From Octopus vulgaris (lineage: Eukaryota), in NCBI GenBank assembly GCA_951406725.2, contig OX597828.1:60326001-60390000 (forward strand): a DNA stretch of 64,000 bases, read 5' to 3'. The notes beneath the pieces are model-generated. The model searched no databases and had not been told where the DNA came from. It saw only the letters and a list, made by a program, of their open reading frames with translations. Both the position numbers and the translations under genes were made by a program. Below, one piece after another: positions 37,741-50,483 of this stretch. Positions within the stretch are counted from its first letter, which is position 1. Every line of letters starts with the position of its first letter.

Positions 37741-39734
37741 AATGGAGAAACTTGGAAGTATGTTGGTAAGCCAAAATGAAGTAAATCTACAAAAGTAACA
37801 CATGTATTTTGTAGGTGAATTTGTGTGTAATGTGACATTTCGTGACCAAATGAAAACGGCAAAAGCATATGTGCTGAAAAATTCAGTTAATCTATTTGGC
37901 ACAGAGTGGATGGAACTGTTCAAATTGTAGAATACACCCATAAGTGTTTTGTGTGGAAATATAATCAGTTCAGTCGAAGGTTTGAATGCAGCTATGGGAT
38001 TGAAACAGAAAATAAAACATTTATTTCCAGATGTTTTCTCAGATGAACTGGGATGCTGCACAAAAACGAAGGCAAAAATTGTAGTAAAACAAAGTGCAAC
38101 ACCTGTATATAAGCGAAAACCTAATGTACCGTTCATGGCATTGGAGCAGGTAAATAAGGGACTTGAAAGCCTAGGAATAATCAAGAAGATGGATCACTCA
38201 GATTGGGTCTATTTAAAAAAGAAAAATAAGTTAAGGGTTTGTGCAGATTTTTCCACAGGGTTGAATGATTGCTTAATCTCACATAACTACTCAATGCCAA
38301 GTTCTGAGGAAGTGTTCGTAAAATTGAAGGGAGGAAAATTCTTCTGAAAATTAGACCTCTCAGAGGCATATTTACAAATCATTGGTGGTGGTTAATGAAT
38401 GAAGGGGAGAGAGGAGAGGAATTTCAAATAAATAGGAAAGCAACTTTCAGCAAGACCAACTGATATTCTTTATTGCTTATTTCCATGTGAGGAAACGGAG
38501 TAAATCTCTCTAAATAAAAACACTGTCTTTCAGCAACATGCTGGAGTGTAATGTGTAACTTAGTTACACATTACACAAATGGACTGAGATTTGAGTTATG
38601 TAGTATGTATGTGAATGGAAGGTGATGTAGGTAGACATGCCTGGTATAGTGGAGGAAGAATAGTCTAATGGCTTCTTATTCATCTTTTCATGCATTTTGT
38701 AATAGGTGAAAGATAAGATAGTTAAAAGAGAAGAAATCATGGTTCATGTTTTGCTGTTAGCAATTTCATTGGTCATTTCTGTTCATATCCCTATGAATGG
38801 ATCTCTCAAAAACCTGTGCTTGCTTAAGTAGGGAAGAAAAAGATGGGGGATTATGTGCCAGCTGAAGTTAGTTTGAACGCTAGCAACGTGGAAACTGCAA
38901 AAATCACCTCAAATCTGGGAGATGGTTTTAAACAAGGAGGTCTGTTCCATAAATAGCCCCCAGAAACAGTGACTTTACCTTGACATCAGAAAGCTTTCTT
39001 TAAGTGGGAAATGGCTTGATTCATGTAACTGCACAAGAAGCATGATAACACTCACAAACAGAATTCAAAACAAACAAAAATTGAAATAAGAAAAGTGAAG
39101 AGCTGAGTAAAAAAAGCAAACCACAAGTAACTGAAACCCTCACTAGATTCCCAACCACACAATTCTAATTCACAAAGTGTTGTTGTTTTGGACTGATTTT
39201 GGACTGTAAAATGGAAAACCTCGTTGTGTTTTGTGGTTTCAGTGAAGTTTTTTGAATTTGCTTTACTTGCTTTGATTTTTTAGCATCATGGCAAGTATCT
39301 CTGAAATGATGAGTTAGAATTCAGTTATATGATTTATTAATGATTTACTTTGAGAAAGAGAGATTGGGCTAGAGAAATAACCAAAGAAGAAAATGAAATT
39401 TGATCTTGCGGAACCAAAACAAACTGAATAGGTGAGTGAGGGTAAAAGCTCGGAGGAACATGAAAGTCAAAGCAAAAGAATATTTAAGAAAGGATTTAAT
39501 TATTAATGTTGCAGAAATTATTAAAACAAAGGAATTAAATGTCTTTACATGTCACATCTTTTGATTTCGTAAAAACTTTTTTAGAGGAATTTCAATTTTA
39601 TTTCCTAATAAAAATACACTCAATTCAAAAACAACAAAAATCCCAAAACTGCTATATTGCACTTTAGAAAGATACTGTATGAGAGACATATTTAGCAGAA
39701 CAAAGTAAAACATTAAATTGGTTTAATTTTTCAG

Positions 39735-39904
39735 ATACATCCTTCTCTCGTACCTATGCTGCTGGTCATCCACCCAACCTTACCATTGTTGTGCAGCATC
39801 TGAAGCAATGTAGCAGTCAGTTTATGTCAGTATTTGATAGCTACCAACAGCTGAAGAGGAAACTGGCCAGTGTTACTGACTTGACAGCAGATGACCTGAA
39901 AGAA
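39735..39904 (+). CDS. NUP205: NUP205 coding exon
   Basis: ttcag|..|gtaaga; PNLTIVVQHLKQCSSQFMSVFDSYQQLKRKLASVTDLTADDLKE (cf. PGLGIIIYLLKQSANDF...KLQNVEQLPPDEIKE). Confidence 0.92.
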
Positions 39905-41244
39905 GTAAGATTTTAATGTTATGATCCTGTGTGAAAAAGGAAAATTGTTCACCATTATAGAGATGTAATAAGAGCACTAGACACTTATTGGCTAAAGCAT
40001 GAACATTTTAAAGTCATGATAGAGTTCTGGATTAATGTTATTTCGTTAAGTTCTATTGCATCTTTTTGAATATCTGTATAAGTGGCAGAGAGAGAGAGAG
40101 AGATAAAGATGTTTGGGTAAGAAATAAATAGAGACTTTCTGTTATCTGCTCCAAGGTTTACATGTTTGATTTCACAGCTTTCATCCCCTCTAATGTATTC
40201 TGCAAAAGCACTCTATATTACTTACTGAATTTTAATATTCTATTAACTGTATCATAACTGACAGATAATTTTGCCATTAATAGAGGAATGTATGTTTTGG
40301 TTATCAATAATTTGTCATTTTCTTATTTCAATCCTATGTCTATCAGTGGCTTATGGTGGTTGTTATCATTGGGTTTGCTGCCACACTGACCATATTAAGG
40401 CTAACATTAGTATTACTCAAATTAAGCATACAAACTGTGTATTTCTATCCAAAATGTAAATAACGTAAACTTAATTCATTTGGATACAGATAATTGGCAC
40501 TAAAGTAAAATGAATTAATAATACTCTATAAATTGCAAGCGTTATAAAATAAACCATAATTTTCTTATACGCACACACTGTAAAATAAGAAACCATGTAA
40601 TTTTAGTTGCTTAAATTACTTACATGTAAGTTCTATTCTTCTTTGTGATGTAAAATGTTGGATAACCTCATTGTACAATGAACCACTTTGCTTGAGCTGC
40701 ATTAGTACTATTTTTTTAATTGAAAATAAACCAAGGCCACTTTCTGCTGAAGCTGTGTACGAACAACTTTTTGTGTTGTTATGCACAACTTTTTGTCATG
40801 AAAATGAACATGCAACCATGCTGTCAAAACTGTTACACACCCTTCACATTAATTTTTGGCCATTCTCCCATTATCCTATGCTATTCCTGGTATCATATTA
40901 TGATACAATGCACTGTGAGGTGTGCAGTGTTATTTCAGGACACCCGCCACCAAATTTCAAGCTGAGGTATAACAAAAATTTTCCATTATGATTTGTGATT
41001 AAATCAATGAGTAAGGTTAATATTTATAATGAATTTGCCATTTTCAATTGATGTACAGTGCACACCTAGCACACCCAGAACATATGCCCCTGATGTATAA
41101 ATTTCTCAAGCTGATGTAGTTAATGCTGGCTAAAAATTTTTGATAGTTGCTGTTGGGGTCAGTTTGCACAGGCATTAATGGTTGGTGGTTGGTACCCCAG
41201 TCCTTGGTTGTAGAGCAACCAGTGTAAAGGTGGTATGTCTGGAT

Positions 41245-43385
41245 TGTCCACAACCAGTAGTTTGAAGTTCACCAGGAGGGCATACCTCTGGTGGCAGCAA
41301 TAGGACAGTTTATAATTCCTGTCAATAGATATGGCAGGTTGATGGAGGATGTGCTATCTTTCACAGAGGCAAGGCTGGCAGATGCAGGCACCAGGTCAAT
41401 AAGGTGGTGCCCTGTCAGTAATGGTGTATTCAATGCTAGGTGTTTCATTCTGGAGGTCATGGCGCCTCCAGAGGAAGCAAGATAAAGAATCAAAGAAGAG
41501 AAGTTCTCTCTTTCCCTGCATCTGAGCAAGTGCATGTACTGTGTATATTCTTTTCCTGAAATCATTGACTGTCATGCCTGTGTAGTCCCTTGTGGTGCCA
41601 TCGGATAGTGTGAGAGTGGCTCTGTAGACTACAGCCCTTGAGAGACAGGATCCTCCTAAGGTGCAGCTAGTAGGGTTTTCAGAAGTTACAGGTTGGGGTT
41701 GAGAATTTTGTGTTTGCATCTATTGTAGCTTGCAATATTAGAAGCAATGTTATCTATGCAGGAATAGCTCACCTTGCTATAATGTGGATTAACCCTTTCA
41801 TTACTAACCCGGCCAAAAAATTTTTTTGTTCATAATACCAACCCTGCCGTACCTGGCCGAGAGAATCTATTGTTATTTAAATGTAAATATGAACCCAAAT
41901 CTCGTCGGTACATTCGTTAAAACACGTGATTTCACTTTGTTGGGTTATAGTATCCAACATTGCTTGACCTGATATGTGAACTCAGTGAATTTTGGGAGAT
42001 TTTTTTCGGCATCGATTTTTCTTCAACTTTGAAAATGGATAGGAGTTTCATGTTATCAAGCATTGATTCTGAATTTAAAGCTTTTTCAACGGAAAATAGG
42101 GAGATATTGAGAAAAAGAATGAATGAGGTACAAAAGTACATGGTGTACGAGAATGAATAGGATATTTCGGTATCCGAAACTGAAAGCAGCGATAGCAACA
42201 GCAAAGACGACTTTACATCGGAATGAAGTAAAAATGTTTTTATTAGTAATTTTTCTGAGGAGTTGGGGTCTATCCATAGTCTTTCTTAGGAAGCGAAACC
42301 GTTAGACTTTTATTTTTTTCAGTATGCTTGTTTGAAGTGATTGCTACGGAAACAAATTGTTACGCAGAATGTAAACAAGCACAAAATGGGGGAATCAAAG
42401 TTTGGAAAATTTGTGAAACAAATACTGGGTACTGCTGTGGATTTAGTTTTTATACAGGGAAAATAATGTTAGTCAGCATGGCCTACGGAACGATGTGGTC
42501 TGGAATTTATCACTTCCATACCATAACCAGGGTTGTATATTATTTTTTGACCGATTTCTTTAGTTCGGTCAAACTTGCTGTGGATTTAGGTGGATTCCAG
42601 TATTTCAGTTTATTCCACCTTTATGGTACACCTGTTCAGTTGTGCATTAAATTCAACTGATGATCTAGTGATGTGCACAATTCTTCTATATCAAAATTTT
42701 GTTGCATACCCAATTGAATATTAGCTGATGATTCATTTTCTATGGTGATGTTTAAACAAAATTTTAATATTTTTACCATTTGCTCAGTTTACCTGGATTT
42801 ACCTGTAATTAGAGTCACTTTGAGACAAAAGTTATGCAATAGAATTAAGAACCCTTTCTTTAGCTATGTTCCAAATATTACATTAATATGTTAAGTAAAA
42901 AAAGTAACAGTTATTTAATGAAACAAGCCTAAATTCATGATTATTTTAGAATTTAATTGAAACTCATGAGGGGTGTATTTTGGTCAGAAATATAGTAACG
43001 AAAGGGTTAAGGAGCTTGTAGTACCTGTAACCTCTTGGGTAATACTCCTTAATCAACAACAGGAAACTCCAAGCTATGTTAATGGAAATTTCTAGGTTGC
43101 ATGGAGGATCAAACCAGATTATCTTTCTCTTTCTGGTCCTTTTCATGTGCAGAGTGGAAGGTTGTGGCTCCTCAATATGTTAACTTGGTAATCCCACTCT
43201 TAGCTAGAGCAGCATTATAGTGGAGCAGGGCCCTGTTAAAGACCTCTCTATCTGTTGAGAGCTTGGATATTTTCCTACTAACACCTGAGACTAGGTTTCT
43301 AATTACAGTGGGGAGAATGAGCTCCTGTGGATGTATAATTTCCTGTAAGGCTAGTACTTACCTATATTCAGGTCTAACGTCACAT
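41245..43385 (-). mobile_element. Penelope-like element relic (RT thumb, linker, GIY-YIG) split by a piggyBac
   Basis: RKRKIIWFDPP...YYKLLN|PHYSKVSYSC...CTLGGSCLSRAVVYRATL...YTGMTVNDFRKR; reading continues across the TTAA duplication. Confidence 0.85.
41793..43006 (+). mobile_element. internally deleted piggyBac
   Basis: ttaa-CCCTTTCATTACT...AGTAACGAAAGGG-ttaa; remnant GIKVWKICETNTGYCCGFSFYTGK. Confidence 0.9.
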
Positions 43386-43399
43386 CCAATTGTGAAATT

Positions 43400-46390
43400 A
43401 TGATGTAGAAAAGTATTTGGCCAAAAGTAAACCATTGTACTTAGCCTCTGTTGACGTGGAGGAAACTTTCAACAGGGTTCTCTGTTCTCTTATCCGGTAA
43501 TCTCTAAGGAAGCTAGGAGTAGAGGAGTGGCATCTTAAAGCCATACAAGCCATGTACAGTGAAGCTGTCAATTGGTTCGATATTTGGAAGAATCTACTTC
43601 TCCCATTCATTTTCCACATTTAATAACCTTTCATAGTGGCAACTCCATGCATCTTTCTTCTCAAAGTCACTAAGCACAAGCATACCATTATCCATTCGCA
43701 CACATTCCTCACCTACCACTTCTCTATTCTCTCTGATACACTGCTTTGCAATCCTGAACACCTCACGCCTCTGATCTTCATGCTATAGAACATTGGCAAA
43801 CTTCTTACCTTCTGCTATTCCTTTTGCTATGTAAACCTGTCACCTACCCTCCCCTCTGACTCCCTGATACAATGCTCTGCTTCCACTGTTTTTCCAGTCC
43901 TTCCAGACCTGTCTTATTGCTTTTATAACACTGTCCACCTCCTTGTTCCACCTCATGTCACCCTTGGCCTAACTGGCACTTTGCACCAACCACAGATTTG
44001 GCCAGCGGCACCCAGTAAATTGTCCCACAGTAACTTCCAGTTGTCCTCTAAGCTAATGTATGTGTCCTTTCCTCCTTTTCCTCCCTATCATCATAGGCTT
44101 CCATTAGAATGTTTCTAAATTCTTGTTCATTTGCTGGGTCTTTGAGCTTCCATAATCTTTTCCAGCGAGATTTATTTCTACAAGTCTTTCTAGCCCTAAT
44201 TCTGATGTCATAAGCTAGTAACCTATGTTGGAGTGTACACTCTTCACTTGGGAAAGACTTTGCATTTGTGAGCATCGGCCTATCTCATTGCCTGGTGAGG
44301 AGGTAATCAACCTGGATTATGTTCCCACCAGACTGATAAGTGATTAGGTGGCTGGCTGGATTTCTGAAGTTAGTGTTGCAGATCATGAGATCATTTGCAT
44401 CACTGAACTCAAGTAGCCTTGTTCCCTCCTCATTCCTGAGGCCAAAGATATAACCACCATGCACCCCATGGAATATATGAGACTGCTGCCCAACATGTCT
44501 ATTAAAGTTACATGTCTATTAAAGAAGATAAAGCTCTCTTTCTACCAGGTAAATGGCCCTGCTCACTATATAGGAAAGGAGTTGGAAGAATTTCCATTCA
44601 CTGCACTCAGGCACTAAGTGTAAACTATGGACACACAGGAGATGCAGTGAAATCACAGGTAGATTAACAGAAAGTTGTCTTTGTATGTGGCAAATGTGCA
44701 GGAACAATAAGCACTAAGAGCACACGGGCCTTAGATTCTCTCAAAAGAGGTTATGGATAGTTTCTGTTACCTAGGTGACCAAATTAGCAATGGTAGAGGA
44801 TGCTCTGAAAGTATTGTTTCTTGAATAAGAATTGGGTGGAGGAAGTCCAGTGAGCTATTACCTCTGTTGGCAACAAAAGGACTCTCTTTCAGAGTGAAAG
44901 GTAGAATATATAATGCTTGTGTGCGAACAGCTATACTCTATGGTAGTGAGACATGGGGTCTGAATGCAGAAGACATGCATAGAGTGGAGAGAAACGAAGG
45001 TAGTATGCTCCATTGGATTTGCAACATCAGTGCACTTGTATTGCACAGTGCAAATGTATTGAGAGAAAAGTTGAGCATAAGAGGAATCAAATGTAGCATG
45101 CAAGAGAGAAGACTACATTGGTTTGGACATGTGATGCTTATGAATGAGAACAACTGCATAAAGAAGCACCAATCACTGAAAGTGGATGGTGCTCGCAGAA
45201 GAAGGAGACCTAGGAAGACATGAGATGAAGTGGTAAGGACTGATCTCAAGATGTTGGGCCTCATGGAGTAAATGACAATGAACCGAGATGTCTGGTGATA
45301 TAAAGTTCTAGCGAAGACCCACCCACATCAGGACAAACTCAGTTCTAGAAGTGCTGTGCATCCCACCCACACTTAACAAGGAAACTTCTCTCATGCAACA
45401 AACCAAACTATGTCTCTACAACACTTCTTCAACATTTCCACTTCATGCACTATGCTTACCTCCCACTCCCCAATCCTGTCCTCTTGGCCCTGTGCCACTC
45501 TATCATTGCTTTCTGCTAGCCCCTGACCTGTGTGTTCCACCCACACATAACAAGAAAACTTTTCACTCACCCTACCCCAACAAACCAATCTACATCTCCA
45601 TATCTCTTCTCTTCCTCACATTTCTCCCTTCATATACTATGCCTAGCTCTCACTCCCCAATCCTGTCCTCACGGCCCTGCTCCTCCATATCATTGCTATC
45701 CAGTGTGTCCCCTCCCACTATACCCTGGTTTTCACTCCCCCCCATTCTTTGATCACACTTCCTTTGCAATATCTTGTTATTTATATTATGGTGTTTCGAA
45801 CCTCATGGATATGCCATGGCACTTGTCACATTCTATATATCTCTCTTCCTTTACTCAACCATCCCATTTATATTCTGAATCCTCTACCTTGTGAGTATGC
45901 CTGGCATTTTGCCACCATCTCTATCCTGCTGTTGCCCACCCTCTCTCTTCTCCTACACTTCCCTCAGGTTGGGTAACCATGTATTCCTTTGTGATAGCAC
46001 ACTTGTTTGTGTCTTCATTCCTGATCTCTCTCTCTCTCTCCCTTCAGGTAACCTTGTACTTCCTCTACAGCAAGACACCTATTTCTATCTCTCTGTCTCA
46101 CTATAACTTTTCATCATCTGACACAAGATCACCTCCTTCAATTCCTCCTCCACTCTTGAAAGTTTTTTTTTGTTTTTTGTCTTGCAAGTACTTAGTGACT
46201 CTGTCAGTGCAGGTGCTACTCGAAAGTACCCAGTCCATACTGTAAAGTGGTTGGTGTTCAGAAGTAGCCATCCAGCTGTAAAAACCTTGCCTAAAACTGA
46301 CCTCGCCTGTGCTTATGCCACATAAAAAGCACCAAGTCCAGAGTGGTTGGCGTTAGGAAGGACATTCTAGCATGGAAGGCAGATGATGTT
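43400..46390. mobile_element. scrambled old RTE: + RT piece (43400..43572), inverted endonuclease-side piece (43575..44510), + 3' ORF and UTR/tail (44525..46390)
   Basis: KYLAKSKPLYLA (+); AKSFPSEECTLQHRLL, WKLKDPAN, WSCHYERLLN (-); KGLSFRVKGRIYNACVRTAILYGSETW (+). Confidence 0.8.
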
Positions 46391-46982
46391 TCTTACCCAA
46401 GAGTAACCTAGCAGAGGCTCCTTTCCATCTCACTTCTCGCACACCAAACATCATTATGGCGACGCTCCATCATTTTGATAATCTCACCAGATCTCCCCTT
46501 CGTTGTGCTAACGTTAATGTCTGCAGCCCTAAAATTGTGTACTTGGGAGGGAAAACGAGAGGGTAGTTGTTACGGGGCTCTTCTCCAGGTTTGAAAAGAA
46601 GGTCTGTACAAACATTTGCTAGGTAGTGTAATGTATATTGTGTATTAGATTCAATGAAGTATAATTTCCACCTGCCCATGCAGCATCCAGATTAAGAGCC
46701 AGAGAGAGAGGGGTAAGAAGGGCATGAAAGTCATATATGCCTATACATACATATACACAGTATTAACCTTATATGCTTATATATGCTACATCATATATAT
46801 CTACATATACAAACACTACACAGGTTTACATACTCATACACGTACATGTAAATACACCCATACACCCTCATAAACATGAACATGCAGTCCACATAAACGT
46901 ACACATAGTTGTAAATATATACATATATATTCATAAACATACATCTACACTGATATATATATATATACGTGTGTATGTATAA

Positions 46983-47134
46983 AATCAAAATAAGCAACAA
47001 GGATATCCAGAGGTAATGCAGTACGATCGTTTCATGCAATTCCATTTAATTGAACAATGCAAACATTACATCAATTTAAAATGTAGAGCAATCTTCAGCT
47101 GTGCGAAAAGATATCCTTGTTGCTTATTTTGATT
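46983..47134. repeat. 25-bp perfect inverted repeat enclosing a hammerhead-like core
   Basis: aatcaaaataagcaacaaggatatc / gatatccttgttgcttattttgatt. Confidence 0.85.
47017..47104 (-). ncRNA. putative minimal type-I hammerhead ribozyme (Penelope-associated type)
   Basis: Minus strand: cag-CUGAAGA-uugc...gcau-GAAA-CGAUCG-UA-cug. Confidence 0.55.
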
Positions 47135-47912
47135 ATAATCACCTTATTTTAAATTGTATGGATAATACCATACTAAATTCTGGTACCATATTCATCTGAA
47201 TCTAAATTTTACTGAACTTATATATACACAAAATGAGGTTCACATAAGTACATACACTTGTATGGTTGGTTGGTTGGTTGGCATCCTTTTTGTCTCGGGA
47301 GACAATGGAGTTGCGCATAAAGTAGTCTAGTCCGGCTTTTACATTTCATGTCCTGATACATTTCCTGCTGTGGCTGTGTAGTCCTATTATTTGTATGGTA
47401 ATCTGATAGTTACATGCACACAAGTGTATGGGTACAGGGAGGGGAAACCTCTCCTCACAGAACAGGAGTACAGTTAGCTAGGGAAGTCATGTATGTTTAG
47501 AATGAAACAGTGGGGGTGGGAAGGCAAAACATGTAAGCAAGATGGACGCTGTTTGTAATGCACATTAATATTAAAACTTTTATTATACTAGGCCACATAA
47601 CATCATAAATTTAACTTTTCAAGCTGTATAGTATCATATAAATTTAGGAGCATATAAAAAACATCATACTATTCTAATCTGCATACTAACATAAAATATA
47701 AAAGAATTCATACTTAATCTAAGCCACATAATATCAAATAAACATATGAGAAATTGGCCAAGGAAGGACACTGAGTGAGAGAGAAGAAGATTAAACAGCA
47801 TTACATGAAAATAACACAAGGGTTAAAAACTTAGCTATGTTTCCATTTTCGCTTCCTAGCAATATATACATTCACATGTACACACATATACATACACATG
47901 TTTATTTACATG

Positions 47913-47967
<55 letters not shown>

Positions 47968-47968
<1 letters not shown>

Positions 47969-49463
47969 CAAAATCAAAATAAATCAAAATAGATGAACAT
48001 CAATGGAATTTGTATCTTTGTGGTACCAGTGCTGGTGGCACACAAGAAAACCATCCGAACGTGGCCGTAGCCAGTACCGCATCGACTGGCCTCCGTGCTG
48101 TGGGCACGTAACAAGCACCATCCGATCATGGCTATTCGCCAGCCTCATCTGGCACCTGTGTCGGTGGCACATAAAAACACCATCCGAAGACCCGGCAAGA
48201 CGAGTCAGGCCATAACCCGTGGCCCCTACCAGGGACGTAGTCAGTCCACCTGTGCATACCTTCCTTCTTGTGACACTTGTGAAGACCGTTGAGGCAAGTG
48301 AAAATCAAAATCAAAACAAATCAAAATAGATGAACATCAATGGAATTTGTATCTTTGTGGTACCAGTGCCGGTGGCACACAAGCAAACTATCCGAACGTG
48401 GCCGTAGCCAGTACCGCATCGACTGGCCTCCGTGCTGTGGGCACGTAACAAACACCATCCGATCGTTCGCCAGCCTCATCTGGCACCTGTGTCGGTGGCG
48501 CATAAAAACACCATCCGAAGACCCGGCAAGACTAGTCAGGCCATAACCCGTGGACCCTACCTGGGACGTGCATACCTTCCTTCTTGTGACACTTGTGAAG
48601 ACCTGTTGAGGCAAGTGAAAATCAAATCAAATCAAAATAGATGAACATCAATGGAATTTGTATCTTTGTGGCACACAAGAAAACCATCCGAACGTGGCCG
48701 TAGCCAGTACCGCATCAACTGGCCTCTGTGCTGTGGGCACGTAACAAACACCATCCGATCGTGGCCGTTCGCCAGCCTCATCTGGCACCTGTGTCGGTGG
48801 CACATAAAAACACCATCCGAAGACCCGGCAAGAATAGTCAGGCCATAACCCGTGACCCCTACCTGGGACGTAGTCAGTCCACCTGTGCATACCTTCCTTC
48901 TTGTGACACTTGTGAAGACCTGTTGAGGCAAGTGAAAATCAAAATCAAATCAAATCAAAACAAATCAAAATAGATGAACATCTTGTGAAGACCTGTTGAG
49001 GCAAGTGAAAATCAAAATCAAATCAAAATCAAATCAAATCAAATCAAAATAGATGAACATCAATGGAATTTGTATCTTTGTGGTACCAGTGCCGGTGGCA
49101 TACAAGAAAACCATCCGAACATGGCCGTAGCCAGTACCGCATCGACTGGCCTCCGTGCTGTGGGCACGTAACAAACACCATCCGATCGTGGCCGTTCGCC
49201 AGCCTCATCTGGCACCTGTGTCGGTGGCACATAAAAACACCATCCGAGCGTGGCCGTCTGCCAGCCTCGTCTGGCACTGTGTTGGTGGCACATAAAATCA
49301 CCCACTACACTCTCGGAGTGGTTGGCGTTAGGAAGGGCATCCAGCTGTAGAAACACTGCCAGATCTGACTGACCTGGTGCAGCCTTCGGGCTCCTCAGAC
49401 CCCAGTTGAACCGTCCAACCCATGCTAGCATGGAAAGCGGACGTTAAATGATGATGATGATGA
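47968..49463 (+). mobile_element. tandem array of RTE 3' UTR units ending in one complete (GAT)n tail
   Basis: Units start at ~47968, 48301, 48621, 48936 (short) and 49011, each opening with (AAATC)n-aaaatagatgaacatc. Confidence 0.88.
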
Positions 49464-49467
49464 TATA

Positions 49468-49620
49468 TAAAATAATATGTGACAATTATTCAATAGCCAA
49501 GATAAAACTCGTTTTTCAGATGGCCAGATAACCAAAGAGATGGTGTTGTGGATTTACACCTCTGCATCGGAAACTCAGAGTTTTATCTTGGCTATTGAAT
49601 AATTGTCACATATTATTTTA
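49468..49620. repeat. 43-bp perfect inverted repeat with a degenerate hammerhead-like core
   Basis: taaaataatatgtgacaattattcaatagccaagataaaactc / exact reverse complement at 49578..49620. Confidence 0.9.
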
Positions 49621-50483
49621 CAGATAAATTTCCTCTATTTACATAATATTGAGGTCTCTTTCTTTCTTTTGTTATCTTACTGTTTTTACCAATATATATA
49701 TATGTGCATGTCATCAAACAAACTCCAAGGAGGCTGGTTGTTGTGTCAGCAAGACATTTATTATGTAGTAAAATTGATAAAAGGAACAAAGTGAACTTGT
49801 CATTAGGAGTGGAAAATTCAAAGTTTCAGGTAGTGTCCTATAGGGGAAAAGTTGAAAGGAGAGAAATTAAGGAGAGACTGCAGAATTTTACATTCTCTAA
49901 ATTGAAAAGACTGACTGTAACTCACAAAGAACACTGGATGACATGAGCTTCATATGTGAACAAGAAGTGATGGGAGAAACAATGTTAGAAGGAAGAAAGA
50001 ATTATGGAGGCAAAGTTGCAAGTGAGATTAAGGGAAAAGATGAGAGAGAGAGAGAGGGTTTAATGGATAAGGAAGGGTTTAAAGAACAAGGAAGGGTTTA
50101 ATGAACTAAGAGATGTAGGAGGAGAAGGTAAAATGTTATTGAAACCAGTCAGTGACATGGTGCCAAGTTCAAATGTGAAACGTTGTTCCTTCCTTTTCTG
50201 TGAGAATGTGGATTCACAGAATTTCTGTTATCATACCATGGCAAACTATTCTCGCTTCTTGTCACTGCCTTACCCTCACACATTAAGGACACCAGCCATG
50301 CCCTAAACCTTTTCAACTCATTCTCTTTTCCACATAATGAGTTCAAATTCCTTTCACCATGGACATCATATCACTATATACAATCATCCCCTATAATTAT
50401 GGCCTTCAAACACTTCTGAAACTATTGCCTTCTACCCAAACCTAGTAATACGACGCTCCTTCACCAAGCCAAACTTGTCTTAA

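Larger units (their letters stand above)
34430..38385 (+). mobile_element. decayed Gypsy LTR retrotransposon (5' LTR, PBS, gag, protease, RT start) interrupted by an RTE
   Basis: TG..CA-like LTR followed by PBS tggcgacaag (~34577); CFRCGK knuckle; DTG protease motif at 35641; LRVCADFSTGLND..LKGGKFF*KLDLSEAYLQI RT motifs. Confidence 0.82.

Noticed and set aside
45351-46245. Pro/Leu/Ser-rich ORFs
   Set aside because: Pyrimidine-rich RTE 3' UTR with an internal duplication; no protein motif or splice support.
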